DNA of 64,000 nucleotides, taken from Alphaproteobacteria bacterium. Lineage in GTDB: Bacteria; Pseudomonadota; Alphaproteobacteria; UBA828. This document shows, piece after piece, positions 45,007-54,944 of the stretch. The DNA lies in contig CBDCRW010000005.1 in the NCBI GenBank assembly GCA_965221125.1, positions 256,001 through 320,000 of the forward strand, in the 5' to 3' direction. The position numbers and the translations under genes were made by a program. The notes under the pieces are model-generated. The model worked only from the letters and a program-made list of their open reading frames with translations. It was not told the origin of the DNA and searched no databases. Within the stretch, counting starts at the first letter, position 1, and every line of letters starts with the position of its first letter.

Positions 45007-45861
45007 CTACCCCGCGACGCGGCGCCAGTGCCGGGCGAGAGCCTGGGCCGCTTCAGCCCTTGATTCGAGGGAGGCCACTGGGTCCAGGGCGCGGCGGAGC
45101 CGCACCACGTCGCCCACGACCACGAGGCAGGGGGCCTCGATGCCCGCGCGTTCAGCTGCTGCTGCGGCCTCGGAGAGCGGGGCTTCGACAACGCGCTCGG
45201 CCCCGGTGGTGGCATGGCTGATGAGCGCCACCGGCGTCTCGGCCTTCAGCCCGTTCCGGGTGAGCCGGGTGGCAATGGCGTCGAGCTGGCGGAGCGCCAT
45301 GTAGAAGATCAGCACCGGCGCGCCGTGCGCGATGGCCTGCCAGTCGAGCCCGTCCGGCACGCCGCCCGCCGCGTCGTGGCCGGTGAGCAGCGTCACCGCC
45401 GAGTTCGTGGTGCGATGGGTCATGGGGATGCCGGCCGCCGCCAGCCCGCCGGCAGCGGCGGTGACGCCCGGCACGAGGCGGACGGGGATGCGGGCGGCGG
45501 CGAGCGCCAGCGCCTCCTCGCCGCCCCGGCCGAAGACGAAGGGATCGCCCCCCTTGAGCCGCAGCACGCGGAGGCCCTGGCGGGCGAGGCGGATCAGGCG
45601 GCCGCAGATATCGGGCTGGCGGGCGGACGGCTTGCCGCCCCGCTTGCCGGCGTATTCGAGCGCCGCACCCGGCCGGGCGAGCGCCAGAATCTCCGGCGAG
45701 ACCAGGGCGTCGTAGACGACGCAGTCGGCGTGGGCGAGCGCGTTCGCCGCGTGCAGCGTGAGCAGCCCCGGATCGCCCGGCCCTGCGCCCACGAGCCAGA
45801 CGGAACCGGGCTCGATGGCAGGCAGCGCGGGCAGGCGCGGGGGCGTGGCGGGGTCGTCCAT
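45007..45861 (-). CDS. cobA: Uroporphyrinogen-III C-methyltransferase
   Basis: LVGAGPGDPGLLT, YDALV, RLKGGDPFVFGRGGEE, PMTHR. Confidence 0.95.
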   Translation of the reverse strand: MDDPATPPRLPALPAIEPGSVWLVGAGPGDPGLLTLHAANALAHADCVVYDALVSPEILALARPGAALEYAGKRGGKPSARQPDICGRLIRLARQGLRVLRLKGGDPFVFGRGGEEALALAAARIPVRLVPGVTAAAGGLAAAGIPMTHRTTNSAVTLLTGHDAAGGVPDGLDWQAIAHGAPVLIFYMALRQLDAIATRLTRNGLKAETPVALISHATTGAERVVEAPLSEAAAAAERAGIEAPCLVVVGDVVRLRRALDPVASLESRAEAAQALARHWRRVAG

Positions 45862-45908
45862 CGCCGCACTCTACACCGGCCGGTGGCCTGCGCGGTATAA
45901 CCGGCGGG

Positions 45909-47009
45909 ATGACGGCGCGCGCGGGCAGAGCAGGCGAGCTGAGGCGGGGCTGGACCACCGGCGCCTGCGCCGCTGCTGCGACCCGCGCGGCCTACACCGC
46001 GCTGGTCACCGGGCGCTTCCCCGACCCGGTCTCGGTGACGCTGCCGGGGGGCGAGGAGCCCTCCTTCCCGCTGGTGCTGGCCGAGCGGGGCGCGGGCCAC
46101 GGGCGGGCCGCGGTGCGCAAGGATGCCGGCGACGACCCGGACGTGACCCACGGCGCGCTGGTCGAATCCTGGGTGCGGCCCGCGCCGGCGGGGGCCGGCA
46201 TCGTCTTCCGCGCGGGCGAGGGGGTGGGCATCGTGACCAAGCCGGGGCTCAGCCTCGCCGTGGGCGAGCCCGCCATCAACCCGGCGCCCCGCACGATGAT
46301 CGAGACGATGCTGGGTGCGCTCGCGCCTGCGCTCGGCGGGCCGGCCGACGTCTCCGTCGCCATCGGCATCCCGGACGGCCGCCGGCTGGCGGAGCGCACG
46401 ATGAACGGCCGCCTCGGCATCGTGGGCGGCCTCTCGGTGCTCGGCACGTCCGGCATCGTCAAGCCCTACTCCTGCGCCGCGTGGATCGCCTCGATCCGCC
46501 AGGGCATCGACGTGGCGGCCGCGACCGGCGCCACCCACCTCGCGGCGGCGACGGGCCGCGTCTCGGAGGAGGCGGCGCGGGCGCTCTATGGCCTCGGCGA
46601 GAGCGCGCTCATCGACATGGGCGATTTTGCGGGCGCCACGCTGAAGCTGATCCGCCGCAAGCCCGTGCCCCGGCTCACCGTCGCCGGCGGCTTCGGCAAG
46701 ATCAGCAAGCTCGCCGACGGCCACATGGATCTGCACTCGCAGCGCAGCACGGTCGACCGCGCCGGCCTCGTCCGCCGGCTCGCGGCCCTCGGCGCGTCGG
46801 AGGCGACGCTGGCGCAGGCGGAGGCAGCCGGGTCGGCGGCGGCGATCCTCGAGGTCGCGAACGAAGCCGGCCTGCCGCTCGCCGATGCGATTGCCGCCGA
46901 GGCCCGCGCCGTTGCGGAGGGCGCGCTCGCCGGCGCCCGGCCCGCGCCCAGCGTGGACGTGCTCATCGTCGACCGCACGGGCTGCATCGTTGGCCGCGCC
47001 GGACCCTGA
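45909..47009 (+). CDS. cbiD: Cobalt-precorrin-5B C1-methyltransferase
   Basis: GWTTGACA, KDAGDDPDVTHG, GEPAINP, GGLSVLGTSGIV, DMGDF. Confidence 0.96.
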   Translation: MTARAGRAGELRRGWTTGACAAAATRAAYTALVTGRFPDPVSVTLPGGEEPSFPLVLAERGAGHGRAAVRKDAGDDPDVTHGALVESWVRPAPAGAGIVFRAGEGVGIVTKPGLSLAVGEPAINPAPRTMIETMLGALAPALGGPADVSVAIGIPDGRRLAERTMNGRLGIVGGLSVLGTSGIVKPYSCAAWIASIRQGIDVAAATGATHLAAATGRVSEEAARALYGLGESALIDMGDFAGATLKLIRRKPVPRLTVAGGFGKISKLADGHMDLHSQRSTVDRAGLVRRLAALGASEATLAQAEAAGSAAAILEVANEAGLPLADAIAAEARAVAEGALAGARPAPSVDVLIVDRTGCIVGRAGP

Positions 47010-47763
47010 GCGGCGGTCGCGGCTGCTGATCCTGGGCGGCACGGCCGAGGGCCGGGCGCTCGCGGCGGCTGCCGAGGCGCGCTTCGGGCCGGCGCTCACG
47101 GTGATTTCGGCACTCGCGGGCCGCACCCGCGCGCCGGTTTTGCCGGCCGGCGAGGTCCGCATCGGCGGCTTCGGCGGGGTCGAAGGCCTGGCCGCCTATC
47201 TGCGGGACGAGCGGATCGGCCTGCTGGTCGACGCCACCCACCCGTTCGCCACGCAGATATCGGCGCAAGCCTGCGCGGCGGCGGCTGAGGCGGGGGCGCA
47301 GCGGACCGCGCTGGTGCGCCCGCCCTGGCGCAGGGGCGCGGGCGATCGCTGGATCGAGGTCGACACGGTGGACGACGCTGCGGTGGCGATCCCGGCCGGA
47401 GCGGACCGGGTGTTCCTCACCGTGGGCGTCCGTTCGCTATCTCCCTTCGCCGGGCGCCGGGATTGCTGGTTCCTGGTGCGGCTGGTGGACGAGCCGTCCG
47501 AGGCGATCCCGCTCGCGCGGCACCGGCTCATCTGCGCGCGCGGGCCGTTCACGGAGGCGGACGAGCGCGCGCTTCTCACGGCGCACGGCATCGATTGCCT
47601 GGTCACGCGGGCGAGCGGCGGCGATGCAACGGTGGCCAAGCTCGCGGCGGCACGCGGGCTCGGGCTGCCCGTGGTGATGGTGCGCCGTCCGGCCCCGCCG
47701 CCCGGCGCACAGGCCGCCTCGGTGGACGACGCCCTCGCCTGGATCGCGGAGCGCCTCGGCTAA
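46990..47763 (+). CDS. cobK: (Cobalt-)precorrin-6A reductase
   Basis: ILGGTAE, RIGGFGG, DATHPFA, RGPF, VMVRRP. TTG start inferred. Confidence 0.93.
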   Translation: MAAPDPERRSRLLILGGTAEGRALAAAAEARFGPALTVISALAGRTRAPVLPAGEVRIGGFGGVEGLAAYLRDERIGLLVDATHPFATQISAQACAAAAEAGAQRTALVRPPWRRGAGDRWIEVDTVDDAAVAIPAGADRVFLTVGVRSLSPFAGRRDCWFLVRLVDEPSEAIPLARHRLICARGPFTEADERALLTAHGIDCLVTRASGGDATVAKLAAARGLGLPVVMVRRPAPPPGAQAASVDDALAWIAERLG

Positions 47764-48518
47764 CGCTTCGGGCGGAGCACGTGGTGGTGGGCGGGGTCGT
47801 AGAGGTGGCTCTCGTCGAAGTCGGGCGCGTCGAGCGCGCGGCCGACGAGGATCAGCGCGGTCCGCGTCAGCCCGAGGGCCTTCACCCTGTCCCTGACGGT
47901 GCCGAGGGTGCCGCGCACGATCCGCTCGTCGGGCCAGCTCACGCGGTAGGCGACGACGGTGGGGCAGTCCGCGCCGCGGTGCGGGATGAGCGCTCGGGTC
48001 ACGGCTGCCAGGTTGTTGATGGAGAGGTGGATGGCGAGGGTCCCGCCGGCAGCGGCGAGCGTCTCCAGCCGCTCGCCCTCGGGCATGGAGGAGGCGCGCA
48101 CGGCGGTCCGGGTCAGGATCACGGTCTGGGCAATGCCGGGGAGCGTGAGTTCCTGTTTGAGCGCCGCCGCGGCCGCGGCGTAGGCCGGCACCCCCGGCGT
48201 CACGTCGTAGGCGATGCCGAGGCGGTCGAGGCGGCGCATCTGCTCGGCAATGGCGCCGTAGAGGGAGGGGTCGCCGGAATGCAGCCGGGCGACCTCGTGG
48301 CCTGCGGCGGCCGCCCGCTCGATCTCCGCCATGATGGCGTCGAGGTCGAGCGGCGCGGTATCGACGATGTGCGCACCCGCCGGCGCCTCCGCCAGGATCA
48401 TTGGCGGCACCAGCGAGCCCGCGTAGAGCACCACCGGGCAGCGCCGCAGCAGGGCGAGCCCGCGCACGGTGATCAGGTCCGCAGCGCCGGGGCCGGCGCC
48501 GATGAAGTGGACCGTCAC
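47760..48518 (-). CDS. cobM: Precorrin-4 C11-methyltransferase
   Basis: [40 protein letters not shown]. Confidence 0.95.
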   Translation of the reverse strand: MTVHFIGAGPGAADLITVRGLALLRRCPVVLYAGSLVPPMILAEAPAGAHIVDTAPLDLDAIMAEIERAAAAGHEVARLHSGDPSLYGAIAEQMRRLDRLGIAYDVTPGVPAYAAAAAALKQELTLPGIAQTVILTRTAVRASSMPEGERLETLAAAGGTLAIHLSINNLAAVTRALIPHRGADCPTVVAYRVSWPDERIVRGTLGTVRDRVKALGLTRTALILVGRALDAPDFDESHLYDPAHHHVLRPKR

Positions 48519-50371
48519 GCGCTCTCGGCCGCGCGCGGTGCCTCGGCACGCGGTGTCGCCACGTCGCCCGCGCCGTAGCCGCGTGGGGTGTAGAGCCAGG
48601 CGCGGCCCGCGTGCTCCACGCGCCGGGTCTGGCTGCTGCCGACGACGACGACGGTGAGCATGTCGACGGCATCCGTATCGAGGTCGGCCAGCGTGGTGAC
48701 GGTGACCTGCTCGCCGTCCCGCCCGAGGTTGCGGGCGACGACCACCGGACAATCCGGTGGACGGCGGGCGGCGAGGATCGCCCGCGCCTGCGCCAGCTGG
48801 GTGCGCCGCCGCCCCGACGCCGGGTTGTAGAGCGCCACCACGAAATCGGCCTCGGCGGCGGCCCGGAGCCTGCGCGCGATCGCGGGCCAGGGCGTCAGCA
48901 GGTCGGAGAGCGAGATCGCGCAGAAATCGTGGCCGATGGGCGCGCCGGCACGCGCCGCGGCGGCCTGCAGCGCGCTGATGCCGGGCTCCACCGCAAGCGC
49001 GATGCCGCGCCAGCCGAGGCCAGCGGACTCGCCGTCCAGCAGTTCGAAGAGGAGCGAGGCCATGCCGTAGACCCCGGCATCGCCCGAAGAAACCAGGGCG
49101 ACGCGGCGGCCCTCTGCCGCGAGTGTGAGGGCTGCGCGGCAGCGTTCCTCCTCCGCGCCGATGGGGAAGGCATGGCGCGCGCAGCCCGGCGGCAGCGGCT
49201 CCAGCAGGTCGAGGTAGCGGGCGTAGCCGACGAGGTCGGTGGCGTCCGCGATGGCGGCGTCCGCGCCCGGCGTCCGCCAGGCCCGGTCGCCGGGGCCGAT
49301 GCCGACCGCCGTGACCCGGCCACGCCCGCGCCCGCAGCGCGCGGGCTCGATGACCGCCAGCGCCCGGGCGATGGCGCAGGTGCCGCGCGCGCTCCTGGTC
49401 TTGGGCTGGGCGAGCGTGCCGTCCGCGCCGGCGCAGGCCAATGCCGCGGCTTCTGCGACGCCGTGGCAGCCGACCGCGCGGAACACCACGTCGGACGGTG
49501 CCGTGAGCCGCGGGGTCTCGCGCTCCAACGCCGCGGCGTCGAAGAGGCGGAGCGGCACGCCGAGCCGGTCCGCGACGGCGTTCACCGCCGGCTCGTCGGC
49601 CTTGAGGTCGAGGGAGGCGACGCAGGCCACGGCCTCGGGCGCGAGTCCGCCGGCCGCCAGCGTGCGCTCGGCAAGGTCGATCAGCTCCTCCGGCGCGCAG
49701 CCGCGCTCGCAGCCGAGGCCGAGGGCGAGGACCGCAGGATGCAGCGTCACATCGGCTACGTCGTCACCGGGCGCGGGCCGCCGGTCGGTGATGCGCACCG
49801 TGAGTTGGCCTTCGTCCGCGAAGGGCGCGCCGCCTGCGGTGAGCCAATCCGCCGACGCGGCCTCGGTCACGAGGCGCACCGGCTCGCCCGCGAGCAGCAC
49901 GGCGGTGACCTCCTTCACCCGCGCGCCCTCGCCGAGGCGCCAGCCGGGGGGCGGCGCGTCGAGGGCGAAGCCCAGCGCCGTGTCGCCCGCGGTGGTGATG
50001 GCGGCGCGGGCGCCGAGGGCGTCGGCAATGGTGCGGGCGAGCCGGTTCGCGCCGTGGTGGCCGCCCAGGAGCGGCACGACGCTCTCGCCGTCCTCGGAGA
50101 CGGCGATCACCGGGGGCTCGGCGTGCTTGTCCGCGAGATGGGGGGCGAGGAGGCGGATGAGGATTCCCGAGGCGCAGATGCCGACGACGGGCGTGCCCGC
50201 GCGGAAGAGGGCGGGGAGGTGGGACGCGAGGCGTTCGTAAAGGACCTCGGCGGCGCCGTCGAGCGACGCCGGGCCGTGGATCGCAGCGCCCGGCAGCGCC
50301 GCCTGGATGCGCCGCGCCAGCGCCATCTGGCGCCGGTCGAGGATCACGACGGCGGCCCCGGTCAGCGCCAT
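48515..50371 (-). CDS. cobJ: CbiG-CobJ/CbiH fusion (cobalt-precorrin-5A hydrolase + precorrin-3B C17-methyltransferase)
   Basis: N-terminal CbiG ([32 protein letters not shown]). C-terminal [37 protein letters not shown]. Confidence 0.93.
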   Translation of the reverse strand: MALTGAAVVILDRRQMALARRIQAALPGAAIHGPASLDGAAEVLYERLASHLPALFRAGTPVVGICASGILIRLLAPHLADKHAEPPVIAVSEDGESVVPLLGGHHGANRLARTIADALGARAAITTAGDTALGFALDAPPPGWRLGEGARVKEVTAVLLAGEPVRLVTEAASADWLTAGGAPFADEGQLTVRITDRRPAPGDDVADVTLHPAVLALGLGCERGCAPEELIDLAERTLAAGGLAPEAVACVASLDLKADEPAVNAVADRLGVPLRLFDAAALERETPRLTAPSDVVFRAVGCHGVAEAAALACAGADGTLAQPKTRSARGTCAIARALAVIEPARCGRGRGRVTAVGIGPGDRAWRTPGADAAIADATDLVGYARYLDLLEPLPPGCARHAFPIGAEEERCRAALTLAAEGRRVALVSSGDAGVYGMASLLFELLDGESAGLGWRGIALAVEPGISALQAAAARAGAPIGHDFCAISLSDLLTPWPAIARRLRAAAEADFVVALYNPASGRRRTQLAQARAILAARRPPDCPVVVARNLGRDGEQVTVTTLADLDTDAVDMLTVVVVGSSQTRRVEHAGRAWLYTPRGYGAGDVATPRAEAPRAAESA

Positions 50372-51066
50372 GCCGCGCCCCGCTTGTGGACGATGATCAT
50401 GGAGAAGTAGGGAGCCGGCGGCTCGACCGCGGCGAGCGGCAGGACCCGCTCCGCCGCCATGGACGCGCGCTCGACGTAGTGCGCGCGCTCCAGCAGGCCG
50501 AGGTCCGCCACCACGCCCCGCACCTTCCCGAAGTGGCGGCCCACCTTGACGATGGCGGCGGCGTCGCAGTTGGCGAGCTGGGCCGTGAGCCGCTGGGCAT
50601 CGAGCGGCGCCGGGATCACCGCAAGCACGTCGTTGCGCGCGGCCAGCGGCAGGCGCAAGGCTGCGGCGCAGGCCATGGGCGACGAGACGCCGGGGATCAC
50701 CTCGACCCGGTGGCGCTGCGCCAGGCGCTCGAAGAGGTAGAGGAAGGAGCCGTAGACGAAGGGGTCGCCCTCGCAGAGCACGGCCACGTCGCGGCCCGCG
50801 TCCAGCCGCGCGCCGAGCGTCGCCGCCGCCTCGTCGTAGACCTCGGTCGCCGGGAAGCGGGCAGGCTCCAGCGGCATGCGGATGGCGATCTCCTCCTGCC
50901 CGCCGGGGAGGTGGGGGGCGGCGATGCTCCGCGCGAGGCTCTCGCCCTCCGGCGGCGCAGGGTAGGCCACGACCGCGGCCCGCTGGAGCGCCTTCAGCGC
51001 CTTCAGCGTGATGAGGTCGGGGTCGCCGGGGCCGACGCCGATGCCGCTGAGCAGGCCGGCGCTCAT
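50362..51066 (-). CDS. cobI: Precorrin-2 C20-methyltransferase
   Basis: GVGPGDPDLITLKA, LCEGDPFVYGS, IPGVSS, PYFS. Confidence 0.95.
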   Translation of the reverse strand: MSAGLLSGIGVGPGDPDLITLKALKALQRAAVVAYPAPPEGESLARSIAAPHLPGGQEEIAIRMPLEPARFPATEVYDEAAATLGARLDAGRDVAVLCEGDPFVYGSFLYLFERLAQRHRVEVIPGVSSPMACAAALRLPLAARNDVLAVIPAPLDAQRLTAQLANCDAAAIVKVGRHFGKVRGVVADLGLLERAHYVERASMAAERVLPLAAVEPPAPYFSMIIVHKRGAAWR

Positions 51067-52298
51067 GGCTCCCGCGCGCGGGTGCCGCGTGCCTCCCCCT
51101 TGACGAGCGCGAGCTGGGTTACGGGCATGAGCGGGCGCCAGGCGAGGTGGCTCCCCACGGGCCGGGCGCGGGAGACCGCGAGGCGGGTGAGCGTGCCGTC
51201 GTGGCGCGCGGCCCAGTCCGCGAGGACCGCTTCGCCGGCGAGGGTGACGGCGTTCGCCACCAGCACCCCGCCGGGCGCGAGCCGCGCCCAGCAGGTCTCG
51301 ATCAGGCCGCCGACTGCGAGCCCGCCGCCGATGAAGACCGCGTCCGGCACCGGCAGCAGCTCCAGCGCCTCGGGCGCCGCGCCCTGCTGCACCTTGAGGC
51401 GGGGCACGCCGAGGGCCGCGGCGTTGCGCGCGATCCGGGCGCAGCGCTCCGCGTCGCGCTCGATGGCGATGGCGCTGCACGTGCGCTCGCTCAAGAGCCA
51501 TTCGATGGCGACCGAGCCGGCGCCCGCGCCCACGTCCCAGAGCAGGGCGTGCGGCCGCGGGTCGAGCGCGCTCACCGTCTGCACCCGGATCTCGCGCTTG
51601 GTAAGCTGGCCGTCGTTCTCGAACGCGCGGTCCGGCAGGCCGGGCGCGCCGCGAAAGCGCTTCACCCGGCCCTCGGCGCGGCACTCGATGGCGATGGTGT
51701 TGAGGTCCGGCATCTGCGCTTCGGACCAGCCGTCGGCGCGCGCGCTCACGCTGGCCTCGTCGGCGCCTCCCATGTGGGCGAGGACGGTGAGCCGGCTTGC
51801 GCCGTAGCCCACCTCGGTGAGTTGCGCCGCCACCTGTGCGGGCGTGGAGCCGTCGTGGGAGAGGACGAGCAGGCGCTGGCCCGGTGCGAGGTAGGCGCGG
51901 AGGGTCTCCAGCGGGCGCCCGTGGAGCGTCACGCCCACCACCTCGTGCGCGCTCCAGCCGAGGCGCGCGCGGGCGAGGCTGAAGGCGGACGGCGCCGGGA
52001 TGGTCAGCATTTCGTCGTCGGGGAAGGCGCGCCGCAGCGTCGTGCCGATGCCGAAGCAGAAGGGATCGCCGGTGGCGAGCACGACCACGCGCCGGCCGCG
52101 TGCGGCGCGGATATCGTCCATGGTCTCGGCGAGCGGGCTGCGCCAGGTGAGGCGCTCAGCGTGGCCGTCCGGGATCATGGCGAGGTGCCGCGCGCCGCCG
52201 ATCAGCACCTCGGCCTGCTCGATCAGCGCGCGGGCGGTGGGCGTCAATGCCTCCGGCCCCTCCTCGCCGAGGCCGACGACGGTGAGCCAGCCGCTCAC
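51063..52298 (-). CDS. cobL: Precorrin-6Y C5,15-methyltransferase (CbiE/CbiT fusion)
   Basis: LATGDP..FGIG, LHGRP, GQLTKREIR, WDVGAGAGS, FIGGG, NAVT. Confidence 0.95.
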   Translation of the reverse strand: MSGWLTVVGLGEEGPEALTPTARALIEQAEVLIGGARHLAMIPDGHAERLTWRSPLAETMDDIRAARGRRVVVLATGDPFCFGIGTTLRRAFPDDEMLTIPAPSAFSLARARLGWSAHEVVGVTLHGRPLETLRAYLAPGQRLLVLSHDGSTPAQVAAQLTEVGYGASRLTVLAHMGGADEASVSARADGWSEAQMPDLNTIAIECRAEGRVKRFRGAPGLPDRAFENDGQLTKREIRVQTVSALDPRPHALLWDVGAGAGSVAIEWLLSERTCSAIAIERDAERCARIARNAAALGVPRLKVQQGAAPEALELLPVPDAVFIGGGLAVGGLIETCWARLAPGGVLVANAVTLAGEAVLADWAARHDGTLTRLAVSRARPVGSHLAWRPLMPVTQLALVKGEARGTRAREP

Positions 52299-52951
52299 GG
52301 GGCGGCCTCGGGACCGGGCGGTACGGCCAGCGCGTTCACGGCGGCGGCCGCGACGGCGCTGCCGCCCCGCCGGCCCAGCAGGGTGAGGAAGGGGACGCCG
52401 TGATCGCCGCCAGCCAGCGCCGCCTTGCTCTCGCTCGCGCCGACGAAGCCGGGGGGCGTGGCGACGATCGCCGCGGGCCGGGGGGCACCCTCCGCCACGA
52501 GTTCCAGCAAACGGAAGAGCGCGGTGGGCGCGTTGCCGATGACGCAGAGCGCGCCCGCGAGCTGCGGCCGCCAGAGGTCTACCGCTGCCGCCGAGCGCGT
52601 GGTCTGCGCCGACGCCGCGCGTTCGGCGAGGCCCGGTGCGCCCAGCGTGCAGATCACCGCGTTGCCCGCCGCGAGCCGCGGGCGGGAGATGCCGGAGGCC
52701 ACCATCCGGCAGTCGGCGAGGATGGGGGCGCCGGATGCGAGCACCGCGCGCGCCTTCGCCGCCACGTCCGCCGAGAAGGCGAGGTCCGCCACCAGGTCGG
52801 TCATGCCGGAGGCGTGCACCATGCGGTAGGCGACATCCACGAGGCCCGGCGGCAGGGCGCTCACGTCCGTCTCCCGCCGGATGATGGCGAAGGAGCGCCG
52901 CGTGATCCCCTCCGGGTCGCGCAGGTAGTCAGCCGTGGTTGTGGCCGCCAT
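52295..52951 (-). CDS. cobH: Precorrin-8X methylmutase
   Basis: SFAIIRRE, RMVHASG, TRSAAA, IGNAPTAL, GFVGASESK, GRRGGS. Confidence 0.95.
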   Translation of the reverse strand: MAATTTADYLRDPEGITRRSFAIIRRETDVSALPPGLVDVAYRMVHASGMTDLVADLAFSADVAAKARAVLASGAPILADCRMVASGISRPRLAAGNAVICTLGAPGLAERAASAQTTRSAAAVDLWRPQLAGALCVIGNAPTALFRLLELVAEGAPRPAAIVATPPGFVGASESKAALAGGDHGVPFLTLLGRRGGSAVAAAAVNALAVPPGPEAAP

Positions 52952-53882
52952 GTCCGTCGCTTCCGTGGTGGTGGTGGTGATGGTGGGCGTGGTCGGCGTC
53001 GGTGCCGATGCCCTCGACGTGGTGGTGGTGGCCCACCTGCGGCGCGCCGAGGTCGCCCTCGTGGCCGATGATCTGCTCGCGGTACTTGCAGAGCCGGCAG
53101 TTCATGCGGTTGTCGCCTTCCGGGATCTCGGCGATGCGGGCGAGGAAGGCATTCAGCACCAGCGGATGGTCGTTGAGGTAGGCGGCCTTGCGGAAGGCAA
53201 TGGCGGGGTGCGCGCGGGCGGCCTCGTCCACGGCGTCGTAGATGCGCCGCACCAGCACGCCGGTGAAGAGGAAGTAGGGGAAGACCACGATGCGCCGAAA
53301 ACCGAAGCCCGCGATCCGCTCCAGCGCAGGCGCGACGAGCGGCGTGGTGACGCCACTATAACACGTCTCCGCCCAGCTGAAGCCGAGGCCCTCCCACAGC
53401 ATGCGGGTGACCTTGGCGACGTTGCTGTTGGCGTCGGGGTCGGAGGTGCCGCGCCCGACCACGACGAGGAGGCTGTCGGCCGGCGGCGCGTCGCCCGGCT
53501 GCTGGGCCGCCTCGACGCGCTCCGCCGCGGCGCGGAGCAGGAGCGGATCGACCGCGAGGTCGCGCCCGTAGCGGACCGCGACGCCGGGATTGGCGGCGGC
53601 GAAGTCGTTCAGCACCGAGGGGATGTCGTTCTTCGCGTGGCCGGCGGCGAAGAGCATGCCGGGGACGGCGTCGATGGCCTCAGCGCCGTCGTGCTTGAGC
53701 GCGGCGAGGGTGGTGCGGATGGTGGGCCGCGCGAACTCGAGGAAGCCGTGGCGCACGCGGCGCTCCGGCAGGCGGGCTGCGACCACGCGGGCCAGGTGCT
53801 CGAACTCAGCGACCGCCGCGTCGTCGCGGCTGCCGTGGCCGCAGAGAAGCACCGCAGGTGCGCGCACGGCGGGATCGCTCAT
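52929..53882 (-). CDS. cbiX: CbiX-type sirohydrochlorin cobaltochelatase with MxCxxC motif and His tail
   Basis: CGHGSR, GFLEFARP, AGHAKNDIP, GRGTSDPDAN, FPYFLFTG, MNCRLCKYR, poly-His C-terminus. Confidence 0.92.
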   Translation of the reverse strand: MSDPAVRAPAVLLCGHGSRDDAAVAEFEHLARVVAARLPERRVRHGFLEFARPTIRTTLAALKHDGAEAIDAVPGMLFAAGHAKNDIPSVLNDFAAANPGVAVRYGRDLAVDPLLLRAAAERVEAAQQPGDAPPADSLLVVVGRGTSDPDANSNVAKVTRMLWEGLGFSWAETCYSGVTTPLVAPALERIAGFGFRRIVVFPYFLFTGVLVRRIYDAVDEAARAHPAIAFRKAAYLNDHPLVLNAFLARIAEIPEGDNRMNCRLCKYREQIIGHEGDLGAPQVGHHHHVEGIGTDADHAHHHHHHHGSDGHGGHNHG

Positions 53883-53903
53883 CGCCCCGCTCCATTCAGT
53901 CCA

Positions 53904-53932
53904 TTGACCGGGCTGCGTGGCCTTTTCATTGT
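53904..53932 (+). promoter_or_regulatory. Sigma70-type promoter for a leaderless cobD mRNA
   Basis: TTGACC-17 bp-CATTGT, with the ATG 6 nt downstream. Confidence 0.6.
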
Positions 53933-53938
53933 GGGCCG

Positions 53939-54937
53939 ATGCTCCTCTTCGCCGCGCCCGACTGGCCCATCGGCCAGGCGGTGCCGTTCATTCTTCTCAT
54001 GGCGCTGGCGCTGGATGCGCTCGCGGGCGACCCGCGCTGGCTGCCGCACCCGGTCCGCGCGATGGGCTGGCTCACCGGGTTTTTGGACCGTGCCCTCAAC
54101 CGGGAAGGCCTGGGCGAGGGCGCGCGCATGTTCCTCGGCGCGGTGGCGGTCGTGCTGGTCGTCGGCGCGAGCGCCGCTGCCGGCTGGGCCGTCGCCCATT
54201 ACGTGGCGGTCCTCAGTTGGGGCTGGCTCGCGGAACTGGCGCTGGTCGCGATGCTGCTCGCGCAGCGGACCATGTGCGACCACATGGTGCGGGTGGCCCG
54301 CGCGCTGGATAGCGGCGCAGACCCCGCGCGCGATGCCGTGCGCCACATCGTCGGCCGCGACGTGCGCGCGCTCGACGAACACGCCATCGCGCGGGCGGCG
54401 ATCGAGAGCGGCGCCGAGAATTATTCCGACGGTGTGGTGGCGCCCGCCTTCTGGTACCTGCTGCTCGGCCTGCCGGGGCTCTGCGCCTACAAGGCGATCA
54501 ACACCATGGACAGCATGATCGGCCACCGCTCGCCCCGCCACCGGGCCTTCGGCTGGACGGCGGCGCGCCTCGACGATTGGGCGAACTGGGTGCCGGCGCG
54601 GATCGCGGGCGGGCTCGTCGGGCTGGCGGCTGTGTTCGTGCCGGGCGGCGCGCCGGGGCGGGCGTGGCGAACCATGGTGAGGGATGCGCCGAAGCACAGC
54701 TCGCCCAACGCCGGCTGGCCCGAGGCCGCGATGGCGGGGGCGTTGGGCCTCGCCCTGCTGGGCCCTCGCCGCTACGAGGGCGAGGCGGCAGGCGACGAAG
54801 CCTGGCTCGGCGACGGCCGGGCGGAGGCCACGGCCGACGATCTCCGGCGCACGGTGCGGGTCTTCGCCGTGGGCTGCGCGCTGGTGGCCGTGCTCGCCGC
54901 CGCCATCGCCGCGGGAACGGCGCTCGGCGGGTCCTAG
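53939..54937 (+). CDS. cobD: Adenosylcobinamide-phosphate synthase (CbiB/CobD)
   Basis: GDP..LPHPV, IVGRD, ESGAENYSDG, YKAINTMDSMIGH, SPNAGWPEAAMAGAL. Confidence 0.95.
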   Translation: MLLFAAPDWPIGQAVPFILLMALALDALAGDPRWLPHPVRAMGWLTGFLDRALNREGLGEGARMFLGAVAVVLVVGASAAAGWAVAHYVAVLSWGWLAELALVAMLLAQRTMCDHMVRVARALDSGADPARDAVRHIVGRDVRALDEHAIARAAIESGAENYSDGVVAPAFWYLLLGLPGLCAYKAINTMDSMIGHRSPRHRAFGWTAARLDDWANWVPARIAGGLVGLAAVFVPGGAPGRAWRTMVRDAPKHSSPNAGWPEAAMAGALGLALLGPRRYEGEAAGDEAWLGDGRAEATADDLRRTVRVFAVGCALVAVLAAAIAAGTALGGS

Positions 54938-54944
54938 CCGGGGT

